Shown piece after piece: positions 38,410-47,880 of a stretch of 50,972 bases of DNA; the stretch's first letter is position 1; each line of letters starts with the position of its first letter. The stretch lies in the IMG/VR virus record IMGVR_UViG_3300042975_000098; one strand, 5' to 3'. A program made the position numbers and the translations under genes. The notes below the pieces were generated by a model, which was not told where the DNA came from, made no database searches, and saw nothing but the letters and a program-made list of their open reading frames with translations. Source of the DNA: a virus.

Positions 38410-39438
38410 GTGACCGATAAGAAGACCAACCCCATAGATCTCGAGTTGTACGAGACCTATCTCCCCGCATTCCAGCGCGGGCTGTTGGCGAAGGACGCGC
38501 TCGCCGGGGATGACGATCTCACGAGGGCGGATAAGATTCGCCTGCGCACGCAGGTCAGCGATGGCGAGCGGGCGTTCGAGGTGATGAGCGACAGGTTCAC
38601 ATGGCTGGTCCGTCGAATCGTGCGCGAGGAGCTGCACCGGCCCCGGTCATTTCATGTGGTGCTTGACGAGGACGATCTCATGCAGGCGGGATTCGAGGGC
38701 GTGTTCAAGATGCTTCGCAAGACCGACCTGAGCAAGATGAAGAGCGGCACGAACTACCTGATGAACTGGGTGAAGACGAGCGTGGAGAGAAGCGCGGCCA
38801 AGGCGGAGGCGGTCTACGGGCTACCACCGTCGCGTCTTCGCGTGTTCAAGAAGATATCCGCGGTGAGGGCGAAGCTGGCGGCCGACATGGGACGCCAGCC
38901 GACCGACGAGGAGGTCCTCGAATTCTTCCACTCGGGCGCCGCGGACTGGAAAAGCTACTATGGGCACACCGGCTCCAACTCGAAGTCGTTCAAGGAGAAC
39001 GCGCGTATATCACTCGGCACCGTCACCGAGCAGGGTATCATGAACCGGCTGCCCAGCATGCGCGTGCCCGTCACCGATGAGCATACGATCGATTCGATGG
39101 TGTCGATACCGGCCGCCGCCGACTCCGTTCTCGATTCGTCCCCGCGCGGTTTCTGGGAGGCGTTCTTCGCCATGGAGCGCATCGACCCGGCCCAGTGGCC
39201 GGTCATCGCCGACGGACTCGACCTGTATGACGTGGATGATGAGGCCCACGCGACCGGGCGCCGCCAGCTTGCCGATGACTTCAAAAGGTTCCTCGGCGAT
39301 CATGCCGATGATATAGCAGCGCTGGCATCCGATTGGACGGTAGGACACGGCGACGGCCCATGGTCGGTCTTCATCGGCATGCCACGTCGGCCATCGACCG
39401 AAGCCTATAAGAGATTGAGATTCATGGAGGAGCAATGA
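38410..39438 (+). CDS. Divergent sigma70-family RNA polymerase sigma factor
   Basis: Region 2-like LVRRIV..DEDDLMQAGFEGVFKMLRK..Y..NWVK; region 3 LAADMGRQPTDEEV; no obvious region 4. Confidence 0.75.
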   Translation: MTDKKTNPIDLELYETYLPAFQRGLLAKDALAGDDDLTRADKIRLRTQVSDGERAFEVMSDRFTWLVRRIVREELHRPRSFHVVLDEDDLMQAGFEGVFKMLRKTDLSKMKSGTNYLMNWVKTSVERSAAKAEAVYGLPPSRLRVFKKISAVRAKLAADMGRQPTDEEVLEFFHSGAADWKSYYGHTGSNSKSFKENARISLGTVTEQGIMNRLPSMRVPVTDEHTIDSMVSIPAAADSVLDSSPRGFWEAFFAMERIDPAQWPVIADGLDLYDVDDEAHATGRRQLADDFKRFLGDHADDIAALASDWTVGHGDGPWSVFIGMPRRPSTEAYKRLRFMEEQ

Positions 39439-40001
39439 TCATACTCATATTGTCCTATGTCGTGCTGGCGGTGCTGGTGATCGCCACGATCACGGCCCTC
39501 GTCCTGTTCCTCATGGGCGTGAGGAAGGCGAAGGAGCGCGAGGTCGACGCGCTCGCCGCGCCGTCCCTCCCCGACGAGACGCCGGATGGCGTGAACGCGC
39601 TCACCGCGGAGGACCTCAAACGGGCGGTGTCCGCGCCGTCGCCGGCGCCGGCCGCGATTCCGGTCACGCCGCTGGCGCATGATGACGGCGAACTCGCCGC
39701 CCCCGACGTGGACTCACTGGCCGTCCCGGTCATTCAGGAGCCGCCGGCGCCCGCGACCGTCGACTCCGGTATCATCGATCTTGGTCTCGACCTGCCGGAC
39801 GATGAGGACGGGAGCACCGGGGGCGTGGCGATGCCCGTTAAGTCCGGCGCCGCCGGCGCGGGGTCGGACTCGCCGGATGGCGCGCACGGCGATGTCGCCG
39901 CCGCCGATGGTAAGATCGATGGCATCATGTCCGACCCGGACGCGCTTGACCGGCTGGCCGCGCGCAACCCGTTCGGCAATGGTTTCAGTTTCAAGCTTTA
40001 G
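39435..40001 (+). CDS. Single-TM membrane protein with acidic low-complexity tail
   Basis: ATGA overlap; GGAGG SD; hydrophobic N-terminus. Confidence 0.7.
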   Translation: MIILILSYVVLAVLVIATITALVLFLMGVRKAKEREVDALAAPSLPDETPDGVNALTAEDLKRAVSAPSPAPAAIPVTPLAHDDGELAAPDVDSLAVPVIQEPPAPATVDSGIIDLGLDLPDDEDGSTGGVAMPVKSGAAGAGSDSPDGAHGDVAAADGKIDGIMSDPDALDRLAARNPFGNGFSFKL

Positions 40002-40012
40002 GAGGCATGTGA

Positions 40013-40303
40013 ATGGCGAATCTCAGTAAGACCGATGTGGTGAATCGGCTGGCGGCCGACAACGGGCTGTCGAAGTACCGCGCGAGGAAACTGGTGGACG
40101 GACTCATCGACATCATCAACGACGAGGTGGCGGCCGGCGGCGAGGTGCGCGTCGGCGGCCTCGGCGTCTTCTCCTCGACGCTCGTCCCCGGTCATGAGCA
40201 GTACGTCCCCTATGACGGTTCGACCAGGCGCGTGGATGATTCCCGCAGGCTGCGCATCCGCCCCAGCGGCAGGCTTCGCCGGAGCGGGCGCGGCGAGCGC
40301 TGA
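40013..40303 (+). CDS. hup: HU/IHF-family DNA-binding protein
   Basis: LSKTDVVNRLA..GLSK..A...VD..I...VAAGGEVRVGGLGVF..RIRPSGRLR. Confidence 0.85.
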   Translation: MANLSKTDVVNRLAADNGLSKYRARKLVDGLIDIINDEVAAGGEVRVGGLGVFSSTLVPGHEQYVPYDGSTRRVDDSRRLRIRPSGRLRRSGRGER

Positions 40304-40321
40304 CCTCGCCAGCGTACAACC

Positions 40322-40363
40322 GATATTGCTCCCTCGTACGTCAACATACGAGGGAGCAATATG
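40322..40363 (+). promoter_or_regulatory. GATATT promoter overlapped by a perfect 16-bp hairpin covering the SD and start of the CpaF gene
   Basis: ATATTGCTCCCTCGTA (40323-40338) / TACGAGGGAGCAATAT (40347-40362); ATG at 40361. Confidence 0.8.
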
Positions 40364-41533
40364 CTTGAGAAGAACAATAAGTCGGTGGATCTCAGCCGCA
40401 CCAGTTCATACCAGTGGAGGGCGCTGTTCACTTTGCTGGCGAGGGATGACGTCAGCGAGATACACGTCAATGACAACGATCATGTGTTCTATAAGCTGCG
40501 CGGCGTCATCATGCCGTTGAAATCCGTCAAGGTGAACAACGAGGTCAAGCCCATAAGCTGGGAGGACAACAATGACTTCCTGAGCAGCGCCAAGGACCTT
40601 GAGAACAACATGACCCATTACGGCGACGCCATCGACCAGTCGCGTTTCATCTACGAGGGCGGCCTCCGGCTTCGCAGGATGGACGGCACCGTCATCCGCG
40701 CCCGCATGCACATGATGATGCCGCCCGTCACCGAATCGTACTCGATCACGATAGCGAAGCAGTCCGAATCGCTGACCACGCTGGATGACCTGTACGACAC
40801 CGGTCTGATGAACCAGCCCATGATGGAGTTCATCAGGATGCTCATACGCCGTAAGAAGACCGTGGTCGTCACCGGGGCCTCCGGCGCCGGCAAGACGACG
40901 CTGCTCATGGCGTTGACGAAGGAGTTCGCGAAGGATGAGCGCATCGCCGTCTGCGAGGATTCCCCGGAGCTGAGCCTGGACCCGGAGACCGACGTCACGT
41001 ACATGCGCTCGTGCCCGTTCACGCCCGGCAAGCCGGCGAGCGACGAGGCGAGCCTGTCATGGGTGGTGGCGCAGGCGAACCGCATGCGCCCCAACAGGGT
41101 CATCATCGGCGAGACCAGGGGCCCGGAGTTCGCCGACTTCGTGACCGCCGCCAACTCCGGCTACGAGGGTTCGCTGACCACGCTTCACGCCGAGTCGCCC
41201 GACAGGGCGCTCCAGAAGATGGCGGGCTTCATCAAGAAGTCGGCCGGCGCCGGCACCACGCCCATGGCCGTCATCAACACCGACATCGCGCAGTCGATCG
41301 ATTACATCGTCCAGATCAAACTCGTGGGCGCCCATCACGAGAAGCACCGCATCAGCGAGATATGCGAGGTGTCGAACACCATCCACGCCGACGAGGGCTC
41401 TACGATAGCCACGAACCCGATCTGGCAGTACGTCGAGGAGGATGACGACTTCAAACGTTCGGGCTACCCGGAGAACGATGAGATCAGGGAGGCCATGATC
41501 AAGCTCCAGCGAACCGAGGCCAACCGGTACTGA
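40361..41533 (+). CDS. CpaF/TadA/VirB11-family secretion ATPase
   Basis: DVSEIHVN, GASGAGKTT, CEDSPEL, RMRPNRVIIGETRGPE, GSLTTLHA. Confidence 0.92.
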   Translation: MLEKNNKSVDLSRTSSYQWRALFTLLARDDVSEIHVNDNDHVFYKLRGVIMPLKSVKVNNEVKPISWEDNNDFLSSAKDLENNMTHYGDAIDQSRFIYEGGLRLRRMDGTVIRARMHMMMPPVTESYSITIAKQSESLTTLDDLYDTGLMNQPMMEFIRMLIRRKKTVVVTGASGAGKTTLLMALTKEFAKDERIAVCEDSPELSLDPETDVTYMRSCPFTPGKPASDEASLSWVVAQANRMRPNRVIIGETRGPEFADFVTAANSGYEGSLTTLHAESPDRALQKMAGFIKKSAGAGTTPMAVINTDIAQSIDYIVQIKLVGAHHEKHRISEICEVSNTIHADEGSTIATNPIWQYVEEDDDFKRSGYPENDEIREAMIKLQRTEANRY

Positions 41534-41560
41534 CGCCGCCCGCATCGATATTCCGCTCCC

Positions 41561-43780
41561 ATGGAGAAGTATGACGATCCCAGCACGACGGTGGACGAGC
41601 GAAAGCTTGAGGATGACGAGACCGGCGGCGGTTCGGGCGGTGTCGGGCGCGGCACCGTCATCATCGCGGCGCTGATCGCCCTCGCGCTGGCGTGGCCGAT
41701 GGCGATCGGCTTCGCGCTGGCGTTCGCCGCCGGCTGGTCGCTGTACCGGTATGCCCGGTGGCGCCGGTCCATGGTCGCGTCCGTGGTGGTGCCGCTCGCG
41801 CTCATCACCGGGCTCATCGTCATGTCCACCGCCTCACGGGTTCCGGGCGCGTTCGCGGCCGCCATCGCTGGCGCCCGGTTCGACTGGTCGGCGATGTTCG
41901 GCGTCATCGTCGGGCTCACCATGGGTCTCATGGCGCCGATGCTGGCGGCGGGCGCGTTCCTTGGCTTGGTGGGCTCGCTGGTCGCGGTGTTCGTGTCCGT
42001 GGCGAGCATGCGCGCGTACCCGTACAAGGTGGTCGTGCGCGGTCAGTCATGGCAGTATCACTTCAGGTTCCGCAAGACGTTGCTGGAGACCATTCGAGCG
42101 CGTCGGCTCCTGCGCGATCTCAAGGCCGGCACGTACGTGGCCTACGGCGATCCCAGCCTTAACCCTCTGGGCATCGAGGAGGAGCCCATAGGGTACCAGC
42201 CCGACCCGGTGGCCATCCACGCGGACCGTGTGGTGACGCGCACCGAGGACGAGGCCATCACCCATACCACGGTCACGGGCGGCACCGGCTCAGGCAAGTC
42301 GACCACGCTGAAGGAGCTTGTCCTCCACGACATGAACGTCGACAAGACCGTGTTCTTCATCGACTGTAAGAACGACCCGCACATGGCGTGCTCGCTGGCG
42401 CACATGGCGCGCACCCATGGCTACGAGTTCTACCATTTCTCCGTGTCGGACGATTACCGCGTTCGGGACAACCCGCTCGGGCCGGCCACGTACGACCCGC
42501 TGGCGCACGGCGGCGTGAGCATCAAGGCGAACATGATGCTCGGCGTGCGCGAGTGGGACTCGTCATCGGCGGTGTACCGCGAGAACGCGGAGGCGTACCT
42601 CACGAAACTGTTCCGCATCATCGACACGTCGATATCGCTCGGCATCCTCGACCGCATCGACGCTATCGACACGTCGCAGGGGTACTTCTCCATATTCACG
42701 CAGATGCTCGACCCGGTGATCTTCAACGCGGTCATCGTGGAGATGAACAACGATGAGCGGGCGAAGGGCATACGGACGATGGCCAGCGAGATCAACGCGC
42801 TCGTGTCGCCGTCGAACCGCAGCCGGCAGGCCGATAACACGAAGCACGCGCAGACCGAGTACAAGAACACCATGAGCGGTCTGATGTCCAGCGAGTACGG
42901 TCGCTGGCTCAAGCGCGGCGGCAGCGTGAACGGCCGCAACATCGACGTGTTCAAGATAGCGTCGAAGCCCAAGCAGCTGGTGCTGTTCTCGCTGGAGGCG
43001 TCGAACCCCGGTGACAGGGGGACGAGCATCGGCTCCATGATCTGTAACGATCTCACGAACATGACGGCCTCCCGCGAACTCGCCGGGCAGACGAACCCGA
43101 TCGGCATCTACATCGACGAGTTCCAGTCGCTGCCGCCGACGTGCGTGACGTCCATGGTGAACAAGGCGCGCTCCGCGAACGCCGCCATCGTGCTGGCGTT
43201 CCAGTCCATGAGCCAGCTTACCGCGAGCACCGGGTCGGACGCGTACATCACGGCGCTGATCAACACGTGCTCGAACTTCCTGTTCCACGCCGGCTCCGAT
43301 TACGACGTCGGCCTCACGGCCGCGAAGATCATCGGCACGCACCCGGTCCCGAAGTATTCCATCCAGAAGCATAACGACAGCGCACCGTTCTCATGGAACT
43401 TCATGAACAACCGCAACCCGAACGTCTCGCAGACCGAGGATCAGGAATGGATACTCGACCCGTCCGAGTTCACGAACCTGTCGGCCCCGCTGCCGAGCAA
43501 GGGGCGATTCAAGAGCGAGGCCATACTCATCCGCAAGAAGTCCGGCGACCCCATCGACGCGAAGGCCACGGGGCCGACCGCCCACAAGGTGTCCGTCATC
43601 GCGCCCAGCGAGGCGTTCACGGAGTACTATGACGCGACCATGCCGCCCATGGACATCGACACGCCGGTGGCCGGCGCGCGCGCCGCCACGCCACCATCGC
43701 CCGCGGTTGCAGGCGAAAGCCATCAGTCGCCAACGACCGGCGGCGCGCCCACGAACCGTCCGCCCCGGTTTCCGCGGTGA
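41561..43780 (+). CDS. Type IV coupling protein (VirD4/TraD/TrwB-like)
   Basis: N-terminal TMs; HTTVTGGTGSGKST, FIDCKND, IYIDEFQ, KARSA..IVLAFQS..QL. Confidence 0.88.
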   Translation: MEKYDDPSTTVDERKLEDDETGGGSGGVGRGTVIIAALIALALAWPMAIGFALAFAAGWSLYRYARWRRSMVASVVVPLALITGLIVMSTASRVPGAFAAAIAGARFDWSAMFGVIVGLTMGLMAPMLAAGAFLGLVGSLVAVFVSVASMRAYPYKVVVRGQSWQYHFRFRKTLLETIRARRLLRDLKAGTYVAYGDPSLNPLGIEEEPIGYQPDPVAIHADRVVTRTEDEAITHTTVTGGTGSGKSTTLKELVLHDMNVDKTVFFIDCKNDPHMACSLAHMARTHGYEFYHFSVSDDYRVRDNPLGPATYDPLAHGGVSIKANMMLGVREWDSSSAVYRENAEAYLTKLFRIIDTSISLGILDRIDAIDTSQGYFSIFTQMLDPVIFNAVIVEMNNDERAKGIRTMASEINALVSPSNRSRQADNTKHAQTEYKNTMSGLMSSEYGRWLKRGGSVNGRNIDVFKIASKPKQLVLFSLEASNPGDRGTSIGSMICNDLTNMTASRELAGQTNPIGIYIDEFQSLPPTCVTSMVNKARSANAAIVLAFQSMSQLTASTGSDAYITALINTCSNFLFHAGSDYDVGLTAAKIIGTHPVPKYSIQKHNDSAPFSWNFMNNRNPNVSQTEDQEWILDPSEFTNLSAPLPSKGRFKSEAILIRKKSGDPIDAKATGPTAHKVSVIAPSEAFTEYYDATMPPMDIDTPVAGARAATPPSPAVAGESHQSPTTGGAPTNRPPRFPR

Positions 43781-44166
43781 ACGAACCAAAGCCAATCGCC
43801 GCCCGACGCCGCGCCGAACCATCGCCGAGGACCGCCGGCCCATCGCCGCGCCCCGTGGTTGAGCCGACATCGGCGGCTCCGCAGACTACGGTGGCCGGCG
43901 ATCGGGAGCGTCCCGGTGACGGTGCCGCCGGCACCGCCCGCGTCGCCACCCGTCGCCGGCGTTTCCACCAGCACGCCGACGCGCCGCTGGCCCCGCCGGT
44001 CATCCCGGAGCCGATTGAGCGCGAACTCACGCCCGCATCTGCTTCGCCGGCACCGAAGCCAGTCGCCAAGCCGTTAAAGGCACCGGCGCCCACGCCCGTC
44101 GATGACGTGAAGCCGGCGCGCCGCCGACCGATGCTTGATGACGACGTGTTCAGCTTCGACGAATAG
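43777..44166 (+). CDS. Pro-rich low-complexity protein (possibly a frameshifted tail of the coupling protein)
   Basis: GTGA overlap; acidic end DDDVFSFDE. Confidence 0.4.
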   Translation: MNEPKPIAARRRAEPSPRTAGPSPRPVVEPTSAAPQTTVAGDRERPGDGAAGTARVATRRRRFHQHADAPLAPPVIPEPIERELTPASASPAPKPVAKPLKAPAPTPVDDVKPARRRPMLDDDVFSFDE

Positions 44167-44250
44167 TCGGGCATGACCCGCCGGTTTGCCCGGTGCTCGG
44201 AATCGTGGTATAGTCATTATCGTATGAGCAACCATCACCGGGAGGATGTA

Positions 44251-44595
44251 ATGGCAGAACAGACATTTGAGGGCAAGGCCCGTGATTACGGCAAGATCGT
44301 CGGCGGTTTTCTTGGAAGGACGATCGATAACGTGAGCGCCGCCATCGATCGCATCGGCGATGACTCGGGGTTCACCATCGAGGTCGTGGACATGATCGAC
44401 AGGACGCCCGAGCGCATTCGCGTCGATGACAAGGGAGACTCGTATGACGAGGTTCTCGATCGGGTGGCGAAGAAGGCGATCGCCAAGATTCCCGATTCCC
44501 AGGACGCGGACTACGACATCTACTACAATGATGGCGGGGCGGTGATCGCCAAGCGCGACTCGTTCCTCATCGTGGCGCTCGTGAAGATCAGGTGA
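44251..44595 (+). CDS. Hypothetical protein
   Basis: GGGAGG SD; TGGTATAGT -10 upstream. Confidence 0.65.
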   Translation: MAEQTFEGKARDYGKIVGGFLGRTIDNVSAAIDRIGDDSGFTIEVVDMIDRTPERIRVDDKGDSYDEVLDRVAKKAIAKIPDSQDADYDIYYNDGGAVIAKRDSFLIVALVKIR

Positions 44596-45422
44596 GCGGC
44601 ATGGCAGTCAGAGTATCGCCCTTCGTGGCGAAGTCCGCGGCGGCCGCCTGCGCACGCCTCCGCGACCTGTGCGCGCCGAAGATGAGCGTGGACGTCCTCG
44701 CCGGCAAGTTCGCCGTGAGCAGGGAGACCATGGACTCGTGGTTCTCGGGCGACATGCCCTACGCCGCGTTCCTCCAACTCTGCGCCGTCGCCGGCGTGCG
44801 CGTCGTCGACGTCATGGATTACGTGAACGATCGCAACCATGCGGCGGCGAACCCCGCGCCCGCGACCGCGACCGAGACGCCAGAACCCGTCTCGGCGCCG
44901 CCGGCCGTGACCCCGCCGCCAACCGTCGACGCCGCCGACGATGACGTCATCGATGACACTCCGGGCATGGACGGCGGCGAACTCGGTCTCGAGGGCGACC
45001 TTGACGGCGGCGATGAGCCGCCGTCGGTCGGCGAACCGTCCGCGACCGCCCCGTCATACGGGCCGAAGAGCGTGGACATGTCCTCGCCGTCCGCGCTGCC
45101 GTTCGGCGATGACGCGTACGCTGACGCGCCGACGCCGGACTTCCTGTCGGCCCCCATGGTCGATGACTCCATGTCGCCCGCGGACAAGGCGCTGACGTCA
45201 TGGCCGGCGATCGTGGCCGCGTTCGCCGCCGACCGCGGCGTGGATGTGCGGCGCATGGAGAAGTCGCTTCCCAAGCCCTCGCGTAACGATGATCGGGTCC
45301 TCGGGTTGAGGTTCCCCACCGCGAAGTCGGCGGAATCGTTCACGGCGAAGGGATTCGCCACGGCGCTGGAGACCGTGTGCGCGGATCACGGCGCCCCCGT
45401 TGCCATTGATGTGGAAAGCTGA
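44592..45422 (+). CDS. HTH-containing protein with acidic linker and small C-terminal domain
   Basis: MSVDVLAGKFAVSRETMDSWFSG Xre-like HTH. Confidence 0.6.
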   Translation: MSGMAVRVSPFVAKSAAAACARLRDLCAPKMSVDVLAGKFAVSRETMDSWFSGDMPYAAFLQLCAVAGVRVVDVMDYVNDRNHAAANPAPATATETPEPVSAPPAVTPPPTVDAADDDVIDDTPGMDGGELGLEGDLDGGDEPPSVGEPSATAPSYGPKSVDMSSPSALPFGDDAYADAPTPDFLSAPMVDDSMSPADKALTSWPAIVAAFAADRGVDVRRMEKSLPKPSRNDDRVLGLRFPTAKSAESFTAKGFATALETVCADHGAPVAIDVES

Positions 45423-46838
45423 GTGGAGAAGATGAAGATGATGGACCCCGAGCAGAAGAACTTCCTGAAGAGCCTTGACCTCAATACGGGCAAGCACGAT
45501 GAGCATACCGACATGAACGAGATTACGGCGGCCAGCCTTGATTCCATTCTCCATGCCGCGCGCAGCGAGTGGCGTTCCAAGCATGATACGCCGGATGACG
45601 ATAAGGGCGCCCCCGCCGACGATCCGGCGTCGCTGGCGGCCGACCTGACCTGTAAGATCGCCGAGATACAGCGCCGGAATGACGAACTGGCGCGCGACCT
45701 GAGCGCCAGCGACGCCGATGACATCGGCAAGACGTTCGCGAGAGCGGGCATCGTCAGCGGCGGCCGCCCGGCCGCGCCGGACCATGGCATGGCCGACCGT
45801 GAGCAGCGGCCGGCGAATGCGGTCGCCGGCAAGGCCCCGGCAGCGCAGACTGTGAAGAAGCTCACGGCGGAGCAGCGGAAAGCCATCCTTGATAAGGCCG
45901 ACCGGGATCTCGCCGATCTCGTCGGACTCGCGAGCGTGAAGAAGGATGTCGGCACCATCAGGGCGACGCTGGAAGCGGAGATCGCCCGTAAGTCGCTTGG
46001 GCTCATGGACAATGACGATAACAGCATGTCATCGCATCACGTGGTGTTCGAGGGCCGCGCCGGCACCGGTAAGACGACGGTCGCGCGCGTGTACGCCAAG
46101 ATTCTGCTTGGTCTTGGCATCATCAGCAGTGACCGGTTCATCGAGACCGATCGCGCGGGCCTCGTGGGCCAGTATCAGGGCGAGACCGCGGCCAAGGTCA
46201 CGAGCGTCGTGAAGAGCGCACTTGACGGCGTGCTCTTCATCGATGAGGCGTATGCGTTGAAGAAGGACGATAAGGACACGTATGGCGAGGAGGCGGTAAG
46301 CACTCTGCTCAAGCTCATGGAGGACAACCGCGATCGCCTGGTGGTCATCATCGCCGGGTACACGGATGAGACCGAGGTGTTCCTCGACTCGAACCCCGGT
46401 CTGCGCTCGCGTTTCTCCGAGAAGCTGGTGTTCCCGGATTACACGCGCGAGGAGCTTGTCAAGATTCTGTGCGGCATGGCCTCCCATAAGCGCATCGAAC
46501 TCACCGAGGACATGCGGAGTCTGGCTTCGGCGGACTTCGACAAGCTCCGTGAGATGGACGGGTTCTCCAACGGTCGCACCGTCAGGTCGTTCTTCGACAA
46601 CGCCCTGAAATCCCAATCGCTGCGGTTCTCCGACGCCATGCGCACGGGGAAGCTCGATGAGGCGGCGCGCAGGGCGTTCCTCACCACATTCACGGTCGAT
46701 GACATGACGGCCGCCTTCGATAAGACGTCGGAGCTCACGGAGTCCGTGCGTGACAAGTTCAGGACGCAGTTGAACCGGCTCGCGGCCGAGGACGAGCGCG
46801 AGATCGACGCCGATGGCGACGTGGCCGAGGAGAACTAG
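45423..46838 (+). CDS. AAA+ ATPase, SpoVK/CbbX/EccA family
   Basis: LVGLASVK, HVVFEGRAGTGKTTVAR, LVGQYQGETA, GVLFIDEAYAL, VIIAGY, NPGLRSRF, NGRTVR. Confidence 0.92.
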   Translation: MEKMKMMDPEQKNFLKSLDLNTGKHDEHTDMNEITAASLDSILHAARSEWRSKHDTPDDDKGAPADDPASLAADLTCKIAEIQRRNDELARDLSASDADDIGKTFARAGIVSGGRPAAPDHGMADREQRPANAVAGKAPAAQTVKKLTAEQRKAILDKADRDLADLVGLASVKKDVGTIRATLEAEIARKSLGLMDNDDNSMSSHHVVFEGRAGTGKTTVARVYAKILLGLGIISSDRFIETDRAGLVGQYQGETAAKVTSVVKSALDGVLFIDEAYALKKDDKDTYGEEAVSTLLKLMEDNRDRLVVIIAGYTDETEVFLDSNPGLRSRFSEKLVFPDYTREELVKILCGMASHKRIELTEDMRSLASADFDKLREMDGFSNGRTVRSFFDNALKSQSLRFSDAMRTGKLDEAARRAFLTTFTVDDMTAAFDKTSELTESVRDKFRTQLNRLAAEDEREIDADGDVAEEN

Positions 46839-46892
46839 GTCGGTCATCGATTCCCATGGAACCATGCTGAGCGGCCTGTAAACGGGCCGTAC

Positions 46893-46946
46893 ACGGCTTG
46901 TGGCCCCGAACACGATAAGTTATTCGTGTTCGGGGCCACAAGTCGT
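46893..46946. terminator. Long hairpin between convergent genes (probable bidirectional terminator)
   Basis: CTTGTGGCCCCGAACACGA/TCGTGTTCGGGGCCACAAG. Confidence 0.7.
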
Positions 46947-46967
46947 TAGCGGGCGTTCCTCGACGTC

Positions 46968-47225
46968 CTATGATGCCTTGCGGGCGAGGGCGGCGATTTT
47001 GTCGACTCGGTACCCCGACCACATCTCCGCCTTGTCGCCGGCGCCGGTCTCATCCACTATCGGCATCTCACGGAACCCCATGTCCCTCAGTCTGTCCGCC
47101 GCTGACGGCTCATCCTCGACGTTCACCTCATCGAAGTCCACTCCCTTCGCGGTAAGACTCCGTTTCGTCATCCTACAGCGCTGGCAGTTGTTCTTCGTAT
47201 ACACCACGACCATATCTGTCTCCAA
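46968..47225 (-). CDS. nrdH: NrdH-like glutaredoxin
   Basis: VYTKNNCQRCRMTKR.L..KGVDF...MGFREMPIV...WSGYRVDKI (true start may be the ATG at 47213). Confidence 0.9.
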   Translation of the reverse strand: METDMVVVYTKNNCQRCRMTKRSLTAKGVDFDEVNVEDEPSAADRLRDMGFREMPIVDETGAGDKAEMWSGYRVDKIAALARKAS

Positions 47226-47326
47226 TCGTTCGATTCACATGGACCGGTCGAATATCTGCGGCCTCCCGTTCACACTCGTTCCACGATATTCACTACGCGA
47301 ATCTTGGGATCGCGAGAGAGGACACC

Positions 47327-47857
47327 ATGGAAGACAACAATCCAATGATACCGTTCGAGCCGCAGACTCAGCATGAGCCGAAGCCGAAGTCGCCGACACG
47401 CAGCCGGCCGCCCCGCCGACGGTCGAGCATCACGCCGAAGAACGTCGAGGACATCCTCGCGTGGCGCGATCGTCTGGATGGCCTTGAGGATGGCGTCAGG
47501 CGCGTCATCGGCGTGGCCATGAGGTCGGACGAGGAGCCGGCGCTGCTGGCCGCGCTCGTGAACGGCTCCGATGTCGCGAAGGCGCTCGCCGCCATCGACC
47601 GCGAGATCGAACTCATCACGTCCGATGACCTCCACGCCGGCATCGAACTCGGCTCGGAGTCTAAGGATGACCGTCGCCGGCACTGGGAGCTGGCGTCCGG
47701 CGTCGACCCCGACAAGGCCCGCGAGATCAACGACGGGTCCACCGATTACCCGGCCTCCAAGGACTCGTTCTCGGAGATCGAGAAGGTGCGTCGGCTGCAG
47801 AAGCAGGCGGCCGGCTACGAGCAGACGCTTCGCGATGCGTCCGCGTTCCTATCCTGA
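47327..47857 (+). CDS. Hypothetical protein
   Basis: GAGG SD; GATATT at 47285. Confidence 0.65.
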   Translation: MEDNNPMIPFEPQTQHEPKPKSPTRSRPPRRRSSITPKNVEDILAWRDRLDGLEDGVRRVIGVAMRSDEEPALLAALVNGSDVAKALAAIDREIELITSDDLHAGIELGSESKDDRRRHWELASGVDPDKAREINDGSTDYPASKDSFSEIEKVRRLQKQAAGYEQTLRDASAFLS

Positions 47858-47880
47858 ATCAACGATCGGAGACATAGATT

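Noticed and set aside
45423-46838. Type VII secretion locus (EccA-like ATPase plus FtsK-like fragment)
   Set aside because: No WXG100, EccB/D or mycosin genes; the ATPase lacks the EccA TPR domain
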